The translations under genes and the position numbers were made by a program. DNA of 64,000 nt from a virus (taxonomy: Duplodnaviria; Caudoviricetes). This document shows, in pieces, positions 19,591-30,139 of the stretch (position 1 is its first letter; each line of letters starts with the position of its first letter). The DNA lies in the IMG/VR virus record IMGVR_UViG_3300031760_000029, positions 18,593 to 82,592 of that record, one strand, 5' to 3'. The notes under the pieces were generated by a model that had not been told where the DNA came from, did no database searches, and was given only the letters and a program-made list of their open reading frames with translations.

Positions 19591-20577
19591 ATGGCGAAAC
19601 AGATTGTTGGATTTGACCGTAAGACAATTTCATGGAACTGCAATCAGATAGTGAAGATGATGGAGAATGCTTCGATTCGCTTTGATTCAGCGGTTCAGAG
19701 GACGCTGGTCTGGGATCAGTCACGGAAGTCGCTTCTAATTCATTCGCTTATCACTGGAATGCCAGTTCCTGCATTCTATGCGGTTCGTGGTGCTGACAAG
19801 GTATACGACTTCCTTGACGGAAAGCAGAGATGCAATGCAATCCGTGAGTATGTCAAGGGAATGTATTCACTAAAAGATGTACCGCCAGTTCTGTATGACG
19901 ACGGAAGCGAAGAGGATATCAACGGAATGTTCTTCAGTGGTCTGTCTGAAGAGATGCAGGACAATATCAAGTCGTATTCATTGAATATCAACTACTTCGA
20001 TGAACTCGAAGAGGAACAGCAGGAAGAGTTGTTTTACAGGATCAACAACGGGAAACCTCTTACACAGATTGAACAGTCCAGGGTTCGCTGCAATGCACTT
20101 CCGCAGATTAAGGTTCTCGGACACCATCCTGTATATGACTTCTTGACTGACAAAGCGAGAGCGAGATACACGGACGAGGATTTGGTTACGAAGTCATTTG
20201 CAATCCTCAATATGGAGACACCGTGTTTGGACACTAAGGAAATCCGTCCATTCATGGAGAAGCTGGTGATTAACAAGGCAGACCACGACAAGATGTGGAA
20301 GATTTACGACAACATTAAGAAGATGCACGACGAGATGATTGAGAACGAGGCGGGCACGCCAGCCAAGAGATTGTACGTCAAAACACATTTTCTCTCTATT
20401 ATTCCGTTTGTTGCGGAACACGGGAAGCAGACAGAATTTCTCCAGCACTTCTTCAGTGGTGAGAGGATGACGATTTCGAAGAAATACAATGATAATGCAA
20501 CTGCTGGTGTTGGCCATGTTCCAGCGGTAAAGGCAAGGCTCGATGCAATCGAGGCCGAGTGGAAGAAATTCCACTAA
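19591..20577 (+). CDS. DUF262 (ParB-like/GmrSD N-terminal) domain protein
   Basis: VQRTLVWD...SLLIHSLITGMPVPAFY and LDGKQR, plus ELFYRINNGKPL. Confidence 0.8.
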   Translation: MAKQIVGFDRKTISWNCNQIVKMMENASIRFDSAVQRTLVWDQSRKSLLIHSLITGMPVPAFYAVRGADKVYDFLDGKQRCNAIREYVKGMYSLKDVPPVLYDDGSEEDINGMFFSGLSEEMQDNIKSYSLNINYFDELEEEQQEELFYRINNGKPLTQIEQSRVRCNALPQIKVLGHHPVYDFLTDKARARYTDEDLVTKSFAILNMETPCLDTKEIRPFMEKLVINKADHDKMWKIYDNIKKMHDEMIENEAGTPAKRLYVKTHFLSIIPFVAEHGKQTEFLQHFFSGERMTISKKYNDNATAGVGHVPAVKARLDAIEAEWKKFH

Positions 20578-20623
20578 ACAAGAGAAGCGGGGCAGTCAAT
20601 CGGCTGCCCCAGGAGGGAGAGAT

Positions 20624-21023
20624 ATGGGCTTTTATTATGTTTATGCAGAAGATGATCGTTTGGTTGGAAGGTATGAAGATTTAGATGATGCAATTAAGAT
20701 TGCTGAATCTAAGCCGTATGCATGTTGGATTTGGAACAGCTACGAAGATAAAATAGTGTGGAGCAATCTGTAGGAAGGAGAGAAATATGGATACCATTAC
20801 ATTTGATGGAGTCAAGTATCCAGTACGGCTTATGGATTCCGATGAGTTTGGAATAGTGTATGTTGGTATTGAATCAATGGAGGATGCGATGCTTGATGAT
20901 GAGTGTGACTTAATAAATGAAGAGGCAGAGGCAATTGATTCGCAGATAATGTTCTATGTCCCTGATGAGATCATTGATGATGAAGGGAAGGTAATGTCGT
21001 ATCTGAATAGACACTTAGGATGA
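20624..21023 (+). CDS. two small acidic ORFs (20624-20773, 20787-21023)
   Basis: Strong RBSs; they precede the first junction site of the array. Confidence 0.65.
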
Positions 21024-21037
21024 AAGGAAAGTTTTAA

Positions 21038-21430
21038 ATGAATATGAATCTCAATATGAAATGGAATGATTATCCGTCAGCATCATTATACTTATGGAAC
21101 GGATATACAATCTTTCGGATTGCTGAGGGAACTGGAGATAATCTGACAAAAGAAGATGAAGAGGCTGGATATAAAGACTACTGGATGACCGAGTATGCCT
21201 CAGAAGGAGATTCTAACGGCGGCATGTGGCTGGAAACGGAATATATCAGCGATATTGATTACACTATTCAGGGAGTCCTCGATAGACTTATGGAATGTGA
21301 TTTATGGGAAGACAACTGGGAAATCATTGACGAAGATCTTGGCATTGATTTGATGAATGCTATGGATAAGTATTGGTTTGCAAAGGGAGAAATGAAGAGA
21401 TTGGTGGAGAAAGCAAATGGACGGGGATGA
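21038..21430 (+). CDS. small acidic hypothetical protein (cassette-like)
   Basis: 130 aa, D/E-rich; follows site 21021. Confidence 0.7.
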   Translation: MNMNLNMKWNDYPSASLYLWNGYTIFRIAEGTGDNLTKEDEEAGYKDYWMTEYASEGDSNGGMWLETEYISDIDYTIQGVLDRLMECDLWEDNWEIIDEDLGIDLMNAMDKYWFAKGEMKRLVEKANGRG

Positions 21431-22530
21431 TACATTAAAATTTCTCGAGGATTTGGAAAAGGAAACAACAAACAAGAAGCTACGGAATCTGCTGCACTGT
21501 CTTATCTCTTCCAGTCCAAGTCTCGACTTGGCATGTGGAGATTGGAACGACAGGGAGTATTTCTATGCAGAAGAATATGGTGAACTGGTTGAAGATACGG
21601 CAAGAGAACTGGAAAACATTATGGGAGTTCGAAGGAAATAAAAGAAAGGTTTTGTGAGGTAAAAATCATGAAAGAATATAGATTTCGTGTTGATTTGTGT
21701 GGCGGTTATACTGATGGTTTTATTACGGTAAAGGCAGATGATGAAGGTAATGCATACGACAAGGCAACAGAATATGTTGGCAAGAAATTATATGAAGCAT
21801 TTCCTGAATTAGACATAGAATATAACGTTGAAGTATATGAAGAGTATGATACGGAAGAAGATGAATAAAAACAACATTTCAAGGGAGGAAGCAATGCAGA
21901 GACATTTATACTTCGTTAAAATCCAGGGTCGGAAAGCAGTATACGATATCATCATAGCTGCTTTTAGTGAAGCAAATGCACGAGCAGTTGCAGAAGAATA
22001 TTTTGAAAATATAGCAATGGAAGTGAGGCCATGTACTTTAGAAGATATAGATAACGCAAAAGATAAAAGGATTATGCATATGAGTCACATAATGACTCCG
22101 TTAGATAGAGAAGTGGCTGAAAGATATGGTATTAAATAAAACCAAGATATTTCAAGAGAGGTAAATATATGGACGAGAAGTCACGGCTTTATGATGAAAT
22201 AAGCAGAGTGCTGACGAATTACGAAGAGTATGTAAATGGAACTGGAGATGACAGTGAGATCTACGAGAGAGCTGCAGATATGTATTCTGTTTTGGTGGAT
22301 ATTCAGAACCAGTGGGAGACGGTAATTACGGCACAATAAACCGAACATTTCAAGGAAGGTAAAAGAGAATGACCAAAGCAGAAATCATTAAAGAACTTCA
22401 TAGTTGTGGTGAGATGTGGGCAAATAATTCGTACTCAAAAGAATATCTGGAAAAGTATCTTGAAAAATACAAAGAAGCTACAAAAATGACGATTGAAGAA
22501 TTATATGCAGCGATTAAGGCAAAGAAATAA
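21417..22530 (+). CDS. five small cassette-like ORFs (21417-21641, 21668-21868, 21894-22139, 22169-22339, 22369-22530)
   Basis: Each ends at a junction site; 53-81 aa; all but the first (which overlaps the previous ORF) have their own RBS. Confidence 0.65.
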
Positions 22531-22556
22531 AACCAAGATTTTATAAGGAGTGGATT

Positions 22557-24443
22557 ATGGTAGCTACAAAAACAGATGGATTACTTACATATACTGGTTT
22601 CAATCCAGTAGACAATGGAAAGATATGGATCACAGAAAAAGGGAATTATACATATGTACATAAACAAAATAATGAATGGTCTGTATCGTATGTTCCTATT
22701 GCAACGTATGATTTAGCATATTTACAAGAAGCAAAACGATGTAGATATGTAGTGCCATCATACTCAATAGAAAAACGAATTATAGATGGTGAGACAGCAT
22801 ATCATTTTTGGAAAGGAAAGGACTATTGGTTCTTTGACAAAGATGAAGCGATAAAATTTATTCTCGACAATTGGAGCGAATGAAACAAGGTTTTTAAGGG
22901 GTGCAATATGACAACAATAGAGATACTTACAGCTCTAATTAAAGAACTTGCAGCAAAGAATGGTTTCCCAGAGGATAGAATCCAAGTGTTCTGTGATGAT
23001 GATGGCAAAATAGGAATCGATATAGATAACGGAGATTGGAGTAATTGTTTATCATACGATGAAGCCGAAGATCAGATATACAACCTGTTTAAGGGAATTG
23101 AATTGTGTAGTAAATGAAATAAGATTTTGATAGGAGATATTTATGAGAATATATGATATCAAGTGGGATGTAGCAGATAGTGACCACAAGATTACTCTAC
23201 CTAAAGAAGTAATTATCTCAGATCCTGATGAGGCAAAGATAATTGAAAATATGTATGATGGCGATATGGCTTATTATCTTTTTGATGAATACGGATACGA
23301 TGTTAGATCGTTTAGAGTAGATCAGTAAAATAATGTTTTTAAGAGAGGTAAATTATGGTAGCAGTATGTAGACCGCTTGAGGGAATTACGATTAATACAG
23401 AAGTTGAATATGTATTAGATGATGATGGCGAAATTAAAGAGTTTGAAGATGTAGAAACAGCGGAGGAATGGTTAAAGGAACACGGAGTTACAGAAGAGAT
23501 CATGGAGTATCTGATGTTTGTTAACGCAGAAAACGGAGAGTTAATAAAATAACTTTTTGATAAGGAGGGACGGATATGAAGGGTAGACGAATCAGACAAA
23601 TCAATAATTTAACTATTCGCTACACTGATTTTTATCAGTATTCTGTATGGACTCCAGATGGACGATGCTGGGAAGACAGGATGACTTATAGCGAAGCTGT
23701 TGAGTTTTGTAAAAATACAAAGGATTTTGTAAATGAAAGCTGAATTTAAAGGAAGCTGACTATGGCATATATCTTAAAAGAATCGTGTGGAACGTGCAGA
23801 CAAGATCCTATGGAACTAAAAGAGAGACAGGATTGTTTGGTGTATGACGAAATGGAATGTGAAGCAAAGGATTGTAATGAATGTTTCATGGTTGAAGAGG
23901 AAGACAAAAATGCATACATTGATCAAAGAATTGTGTGAGGAAAATGGGGTTGAATATAGCGAAAAGCTGTTTCGGGAAATACATTTTAGATGCTCTGATC
24001 TTGAAAAGGATGATGTAACCGAAAATATCCTGGCCTGCCTTGATTACATTAAAGACAACGGATTGGACGCGCTGATAAACGAGATGGATGACTGTAATAT
24101 CTGGTCATACATTTGTTGATAAAACGGTTATTCCAAAGGGAGGGCGAAAGCAATGAAACATGAAGTAACTCTGTCGATTGAAAGTGTGCGGGCTGTTGCA
24201 AATGGAGAAGAATATGACAGTTGGGGAGAGGTCCAGGTATGGAATGGAAAGATAGGTGCCGAGTATAATCTGTGTTTTAATGGGGAAAATTGCAGCGCAA
24301 TATATTTAATGGGAGAAGATGATGATGGTTATTGGGACACTGATACTAGTACATTTGAACACTATGAGATAGATCCTGACGATCCTAAATGGAAAGAGAA
24401 TTTAATCGAAGCGATGGAAAAATTTGTAAAAAATAATAGCTGA
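22557..24443 (+). CDS. small cassette-like ORFs (22557-22883, 22908-23117, 23143-23328, 23355-23552, 23576-23743, about 23762-23935, about 23910-24119, 24153-24443)
   Basis: Mostly single ORFs between consecutive junction sites; mostly acidic. Confidence 0.65.
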
Positions 24444-24535
24444 ATACATACAATATATTGCACAAAGACAAATCATAGAATCAATATACTGTATACAAAA
24501 TGCCAATAAAAGTAACGTTTAATTGGAGATGAAAC

Positions 24536-26225
24536 ATGTTGAAGAAGAAGACGGATAATGGCACGATCTCGGCAACGTCATTTGAAACAATGAATGAGAA
24601 GGGAATTGCAGTTGGTTTGTATGGAGAGATGAGTGTAGTGAGCTTTGAGAGCAATGGAAAAGGATTGATTCTTCTGATTAACGACGACATGATCGAGCAG
24701 TTTAGAGTGAATGTGTTACATACAGATGCAAATTGGAACGCGAAGTAAGGGAGGAGAATAAAATAGCATGGATAATGCAATTGTAAAGGAAACACGAGAT
24801 ATATGGTGGAATGAAATTACAAACATCATTTATTGCTCCGAATCGTGTGAAAATGCAGCAGAAGAAATCCTTGAATATCTGGAGGAAGAGGGAGCATTTA
24901 CGGTAGTGGATGATTAAGGGAGGACAAATTATGAGTAAGAGATATAAGGTGCGAATCGTTAGCAAGCGTAGCTCTATTGACCATGACTACTACACTGGAA
25001 ACAAGGAGGTACGGTCTTACGTCTGGGACGAACCAGACAAAAAAGAGGAGCTGTTTCTATAGAAACCCAACACTTTTTTGAGATACGTAAGGTAATAATA
25101 GATATGATACAAAGTGATTCATAGGAGGGAAATATGACAGAAATGATTGGGGTAAATACAAGTGCTGGTGTGCTAAGAGCTTATAAGAGTGCAGATCCTG
25201 GTCAACCAGGTATTTGTGTAGTATTACAACCCAAAGGATATGATTGTGAAATAGATATGTCTTATGTATCTGTATATGAAGATCCAGAATATAAGACATA
25301 TATGAATGAAGAACCTGAGGATGTATCGATTATGACATATGGAAATCCGTATAATGAAGACTACACAGATAAGGTAATGATTAGAAGAAATGATGTTGTG
25401 AATGCGTTAAATTATGAGGGAGAATAAGATGAAGGATGATATTTACAAGGGATGTATGTTGATCGGACACAGATTCAATCAAAAATATAGTACAGAAGAA
25501 ACAGATGATTGGAGTGGATCGGAAGAGTGTTCTACCGTAGCGAGATTAACATATACCCTGATGGATACATTGAACGTCAGCATGGAGAAAGCACTAGATA
25601 TTGTAATGGAAATCGCTATGAATCAAGGCTTCCGAAAGGTTGAAGAACATATGTGGGATGACTACTGCAGAGGTTTTCTTGCTGGTCAGATCATCGGAAT
25701 GCCAACCAAAGAGAATCTAAAGAAGGTAAATGAGGCAGAAGAACTTTGGTTGGATGATAGATATGGAAAATATGGATACTATCAGGAGGTCTTAGAAGAA
25801 GTTAGTAATAAAATGTGATTTTGATGGAGGATAAAAATGGATAACTTAAAGGAAACATTCTTACGGCGTTATATAGATACGATTGATGCATATTTGAATT
25901 ATAAGGGAAGCGGCGAAGGTCACAGAGCCATCATGTATGTAATGGAAGAATATAAAAAGATAATGGTTGAAACGTTCGGAATGGAAGAAGATGCGGTAGA
26001 AAATATATATATGGATAAATATAAGGAGAAATACAGATGAATGAGGAAAAAATAATAGCTAAACATTATGGTTTAAGACTTTATGATCTCAGCGAAGATC
26101 ATGGACGCACATGGATGGATAGATGGTTATATGATTATGAGGCAAATCAGTATGCTGCCGAATGTTTTGTAGTACGGGATCACGAAAGAATGTACATCAT
26201 TGGTTCTAATATGTATGGAGGCTAA
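24536..26225 (+). CDS. small ORFs at the distal end of the array (including 24536-24748, 25134-25427, about 25429-25818, 25837-26040, 26037-26225)
   Basis: RBS-supported, co-directional. Confidence 0.6.
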
Positions 26226-26339
26226 ATATGAATAACAAGGGAATGGGAGTGTTAGAGATTTTGGTGGCTATAGCAATAACAATTGCACTTGCAGCATTTG
26301 TAGTATACGTATTGTAATAAATCGAGCGTTTGGACGAAA

Positions 26340-26369
26340 GAGAGTCGAGCGTTCGGCTCTCTTTTTTTT
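26340..26369 (+). terminator. intrinsic terminator closing the small-ORF array
   Basis: gagagtcga-gcgt-tcggctctc followed by T8. Confidence 0.8.
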
Positions 26370-26392
26370 GTACTCAAAAATAAGGAGGCCAT

Positions 26393-26869
26393 ATGAAAAC
26401 ATACAAACTGTTCAGAGTTCGCAATGGAAAGCTGTTCCCGCTTTATGTTGAAGCAAACAGGGAGATGGAAGTTGGTAAGTGGTTACGGTCTGGATGTGGG
26501 GCGAAGGTAGATGACACACATGTAAAGGCAAGTGGATGTGGAGGGAAGTTAAGTCTTAGGAGTGGTTTTCATAGCACGAAGATCCCGTTCACAGATTGGA
26601 TTGGCAAGAAGTCGGAAGATGGAACGCTGCTGCAGAGGGAAGATACAGTTTGGTGTGAGTGTGAAGTAAAAGGGAATGAGGTTGAAAGCCCTGGGAGATA
26701 TGGATATAGAGAGATTCCTAAGAATAAGTGGTATTACTTTCGCACAAACTCAAAGCAAAAGGATCCTTGGATTATTAGCGACTGGCTGAAAATTAATCGG
26801 ATTTTAAATCACGATGAAGTGAAGAATATTTGTGCTGCAAATGGAATTGTTGCTCAGGCAATGGCTTAA
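26393..26869 (+). CDS. conserved phage hypothetical protein
   Basis: 158 aa; YKLFRV..GKLFPLYV...RSGFH...WCECEV pattern. Confidence 0.75.
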   Translation: MKTYKLFRVRNGKLFPLYVEANREMEVGKWLRSGCGAKVDDTHVKASGCGGKLSLRSGFHSTKIPFTDWIGKKSEDGTLLQREDTVWCECEVKGNEVESPGRYGYREIPKNKWYYFRTNSKQKDPWIISDWLKINRILNHDEVKNICAANGIVAQAMA

Positions 26870-26881
26870 GGAGGAAAAGAG

Positions 26882-27580
26882 ATGGCAAAGGAACTTAGTT
26901 TGGCGGCAGAGCAGAACAGAGTTAAGAAGCTTTTGGATGCAAGAAATGCTAATTTGGCATGGGTGGAAGAGTTGCATGTTAAGCTGCAGCGTGGAAATAA
27001 GAAGACTGGAACGAATTGTTGGACGGTATCTCTTATGCCAGTGATTGATTGCGGAAACTGTAGTCAGTGCTCGCATGGTTGCTATGATCTTCGAAATGAT
27101 ATGATTTATCCTGCAGTGATCGAGGATCGAGCAAGGAATTCTGCGATCCATAAGGTAAATCCTGAGAGATATTGGAGAGAGATTGATCAGCAGATTAAGT
27201 TGAACTATGTACAGGAACTAAGATTAAATGTAGGAGGTGACTTGACGGACGATGATTTCTATTATGTGAAAGCTCTTGGTGAAGCGAACCCGAAGACACA
27301 GATCCTGTTCTTTACGAAGAACTACAAGGGAATCAACAAGTTTCTGTATGATAATAAGTTTCCTGAGAATGTACATGCAATCATGAGCGCTTGGCAGAAC
27401 ATGGAAATGGAAAATCCGCATAATCTCCCCTGCAGCCACGTGCTGTATGAAGACGGCAGAACGACTGCTCCTGAGTATGGTGCTTACTATTGCAGCGGGA
27501 ATTGCAGTGAATGTGCATTCGAAGGTAAAGGATGTTGGACGTTGAAGAATGGAGAGCATGTAATTTTCAGAGTACACTAA
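26882..27580 (+). CDS. Gp88-like Cys-rich protein
   Basis: GNKKTG, CGNCSQCSHGCY, RLNVGGD, LFFTK and CSGNCSEC motifs. Confidence 0.7.
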   Translation: MAKELSLAAEQNRVKKLLDARNANLAWVEELHVKLQRGNKKTGTNCWTVSLMPVIDCGNCSQCSHGCYDLRNDMIYPAVIEDRARNSAIHKVNPERYWREIDQQIKLNYVQELRLNVGGDLTDDDFYYVKALGEANPKTQILFFTKNYKGINKFLYDNKFPENVHAIMSAWQNMEMENPHNLPCSHVLYEDGRTTAPEYGAYYCSGNCSECAFEGKGCWTLKNGEHVIFRVH

Positions 27581-27645
27581 TCACCCAGGAAGGGAGTTGT
27601 AGTCATATATTGCAGCTCCCTTTCCAAACCAAGAAAGGAGAAAAG

Positions 27646-27969
27646 ATGACACTTAGGGAAACGATGGCACTGTTAATTTCTGAAGGAGTAGAGCTTAAGA
27701 GCAATGATGGAAATGTAGGATTCAAGATTAAGAATGCTGATACATCGATTGTAGATGTTGATATGCCTAATCGTGGTAGAAATGCATTGTTTAGAAATGG
27801 AGCGAGAACTGTAGGAGATGTGGTGGATTTATTCAACAGAGGCAGCGGCAAAATGAAAGGAGTGGGAGAGAAGACGCTGCGAGAGACGAAGCAGGCATTG
27901 ATCGAATGGAATTGGAGTATGATGACGCAAATGGAACAGAGAGAGTATCTGAAGACATTGTTTGTATAG
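27646..27969 (+). CDS. stand-alone RNA polymerase alpha-CTD-like protein
   Basis: SIVDVDMPNRGRNALFRNGARTVGDVV...KGVGEKTLRE resembles alphaCTD (I.EL.LSVRS.NCL.RA.I.TVGDL...NLG.KSL.E). Confidence 0.65.
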   Translation: MTLRETMALLISEGVELKSNDGNVGFKIKNADTSIVDVDMPNRGRNALFRNGARTVGDVVDLFNRGSGKMKGVGEKTLRETKQALIEWNWSMMTQMEQREYLKTLFV

Positions 27970-28200
27970 AAACGGAGATATATATTGTGAATGGAATAGT
28001 AGATATGATGGCACATGGAAAATACTTTTTTATTACAGCAGAAGATGGATCTAGATATTTCTCTCCATTTTCTGAACTTGAAAGAAAAGTAAAAAAGATG
28101 ATACACAGACATTCGAATGTGGTTTTTGACATTAGTAATGATCTTGTGCCAAATGGAAAGCTTCCCAAAGCTATTAATGTTAGTGTTGTAATTTAAGGAG

Positions 28201-28407
28201 GTGTATACTACAATGAAGAAGACATGGACACCAAGGGAATTTGCGAAGATGCTTAAGAAGAATGGATATGAATATGATAGAAGCAATGGAGATCATATGA
28301 CTTATAAGAATGAAAATGGACGGCCAATCACTTTTAATGTGCGGGGTGGATTGAATCGGATGGTCGCACTACGGTTGATTAAGGAGTATGGATTGATTGT
28401 GGCATAG
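28201..28407 (+). CDS. hicA: HicA-family toxin-like protein
   Basis: REFAKMLKKNGYEYDRSNGDHMTYK with the catalytic G-x-H. The start may be at 28213. Confidence 0.75.
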   Translation: MYTTMKKTWTPREFAKMLKKNGYEYDRSNGDHMTYKNENGRPITFNVRGGLNRMVALRLIKEYGLIVA

Positions 28408-28418
28408 GGAGGTGCGAT

Positions 28419-29174
28419 ATGTTTGGATTTGTTTATTTATTTGGTCATTTAATTGGAGGTACTGTAAGTAGTTTAAAAGGTATATCTCAAAATGCAGAAT
28501 TAAGAGATCACGGAAAGAGATTATATGAACAAGGTAAAAATCCGTTTGCATTTTATGTTGATAGAAAAGGTGTCACACGGTTAATAGAAAATGATGAACC
28601 AGCAAGCATTGAACACGATTATTTAACTGGTGATGTTTGGTTATGTTATGGGACGCCACAAAGAAGACAAAGAAATCTATCGGAAGAATGGAGATGGAAA
28701 TATTACAAAGCAATTAAGCAGAATCCAATTGGTCATAAGACAGTAATAAATGACATTATGATCAGATATCAGCCAGACGAAAATTCAGTTAAATCGGATG
28801 AGAGTAATATGTGGAACGAATTATGTTACGCTTATGGTCAATGGTATAAAGATATCAGAACTGCTGATCTATATATTAAAAGATCTGTAACATGTAAAGA
28901 TGGTAGAAGAAGACAGTTCTATATGATGATTACAAATGGTAATCTGGTCCGTATAACAGAAGATGCATATGATCAGGATATTACGAATAATACTTTTGAT
29001 GAAGATATGTTAAAGGAAACAATTAAAGAGTTTAATTCTAACAGAGTTATACCCAAGAAAACAGATCTTTGGTATGAATGGGAAAATTTCTATCTTGATT
29101 CTGCGCATGATTATGCTTTGCCTTGTAATCAAGACGAAAGAGAGATGATGGGTGAATTAGCACCAAGATTTTAA
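28419..29174 (+). CDS. hypothetical protein with N-terminal hydrophobic segment
   Basis: 251 aa; AT-rich; starts MFGFVYLFGHLIGG; not HicB-like. Confidence 0.7.
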   Translation: MFGFVYLFGHLIGGTVSSLKGISQNAELRDHGKRLYEQGKNPFAFYVDRKGVTRLIENDEPASIEHDYLTGDVWLCYGTPQRRQRNLSEEWRWKYYKAIKQNPIGHKTVINDIMIRYQPDENSVKSDESNMWNELCYAYGQWYKDIRTADLYIKRSVTCKDGRRRQFYMMITNGNLVRITEDAYDQDITNNTFDEDMLKETIKEFNSNRVIPKKTDLWYEWENFYLDSAHDYALPCNQDEREMMGELAPRF

Positions 29175-29184
29175 AGGAGGCAAC

Positions 29185-30126
29185 ATGAGTGGGCGAGCTG
29201 AAATGGATAAGAAAAATGATAAATGGATAAATGAGAGAAAAGGTAAATGCTCTCAATTCGTCTCCGATTATATTGATAGTATCGATGGTGTAAAAACATC
29301 TGCCACCAGAAAGCAATATTTGTATTATCTGATGGATTTTGAGAAATATATTAAGAAATTAAATGTTGATATATGTAAAGTAAAACCATTTCATGTTGAA
29401 AAGTATCGAAATTGTCTAACTAAAAATGGAAATAAGGCAAGTATCGTTAATGGAAAACTGTCTGCGATTATTTCTTTTTACAATTTTCTAATCAAAAATG
29501 GATTTGTAGACAAGAATCCATGTGATAATGACATGAAATTAAAAATTGCAGAAAAAGAATCTGTTGTATATATGACAGATGAAGAGATTCATAAGTTAAA
29601 GGAAAATATCGTTTCATGTAAAAATAGGCATAGTGATAGATTTGTATTAAGAGATTTATGTATAGTTCAACTTGGATGTGCTACTGGTTTGCGTGTTTCT
29701 GCTATTGTTAATATAGATATTGATGATATTGATTTTGAGCAAATGACAATTAAAGTTGTTGAAAAGGGAAATAAAGTAAGGACGATATATATTGGCGAAA
29801 ACACAGTGAATAGTATTAAGAACTGGCTAAAAGAAAGAGTTATAACCGTTCGAAACAAGGAAGAGAGAGCTTTATTCATTGGTAATCATGGTGGTCGTAT
29901 GTCTGCTTCAGCTGTACGAAATCTATTGAAACATGATGCGGGCGAGTTTGGTAAGCATATCACTCCTCATAAAATGCGTTCAACATGTGCCATGAAACTA
30001 TACGATAAGACTGGAGATATTTATTTAACAGCACAGCAGCTCGGGCATGCTAATGTGAAAAACACCATGATATACGCAAAAGCAACAGAAGAGAAACGAC
30101 GTATGGCCGCAGATTTGTTAGATTGA
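29185..30126 (+). CDS. tyrosine recombinase (XerC/D-like) with intact catalytic residues
   Basis: TGLRVS (R), EKGNK (K), PHKMR (HxxR), LGH (H), TMIY (Y); N-terminal SAM-like domain. Confidence 0.92.
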   Translation: MSGRAEMDKKNDKWINERKGKCSQFVSDYIDSIDGVKTSATRKQYLYYLMDFEKYIKKLNVDICKVKPFHVEKYRNCLTKNGNKASIVNGKLSAIISFYNFLIKNGFVDKNPCDNDMKLKIAEKESVVYMTDEEIHKLKENIVSCKNRHSDRFVLRDLCIVQLGCATGLRVSAIVNIDIDDIDFEQMTIKVVEKGNKVRTIYIGENTVNSIKNWLKERVITVRNKEERALFIGNHGGRMSASAVRNLLKHDAGEFGKHITPHKMRSTCAMKLYDKTGDIYLTAQQLGHANVKNTMIYAKATEEKRRMAADLLD

Positions 30127-30139
30127 ATGGAGGGGCGCA

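Larger units (their letters stand above)
21021..25824. repeat. array of palindromic gene-junction sites T(A/G)AAA-N6-TTT(N)A
   Basis: Site starts at 21021, 21639, 21866, 22137 (imperfect), 22337, 22528, 22881, 23115, 23326, 23545, 23734, 24120, 24507 and 25809. Most overlap or abut the upstream stop and sit immediately before the next RBS. Outliers at 13322, 26318 (weak) and 30357. Confidence 0.85.

Noticed and set aside
21021-25824. CRISPR array or classical integron attC array
   Set aside because: The repeats are degenerate 16-bp palindromes separated by whole ORFs. There are no 25-40 bp identical repeats, no attC RYYYAAC/GTTRRRY hairpins and no cas genes.
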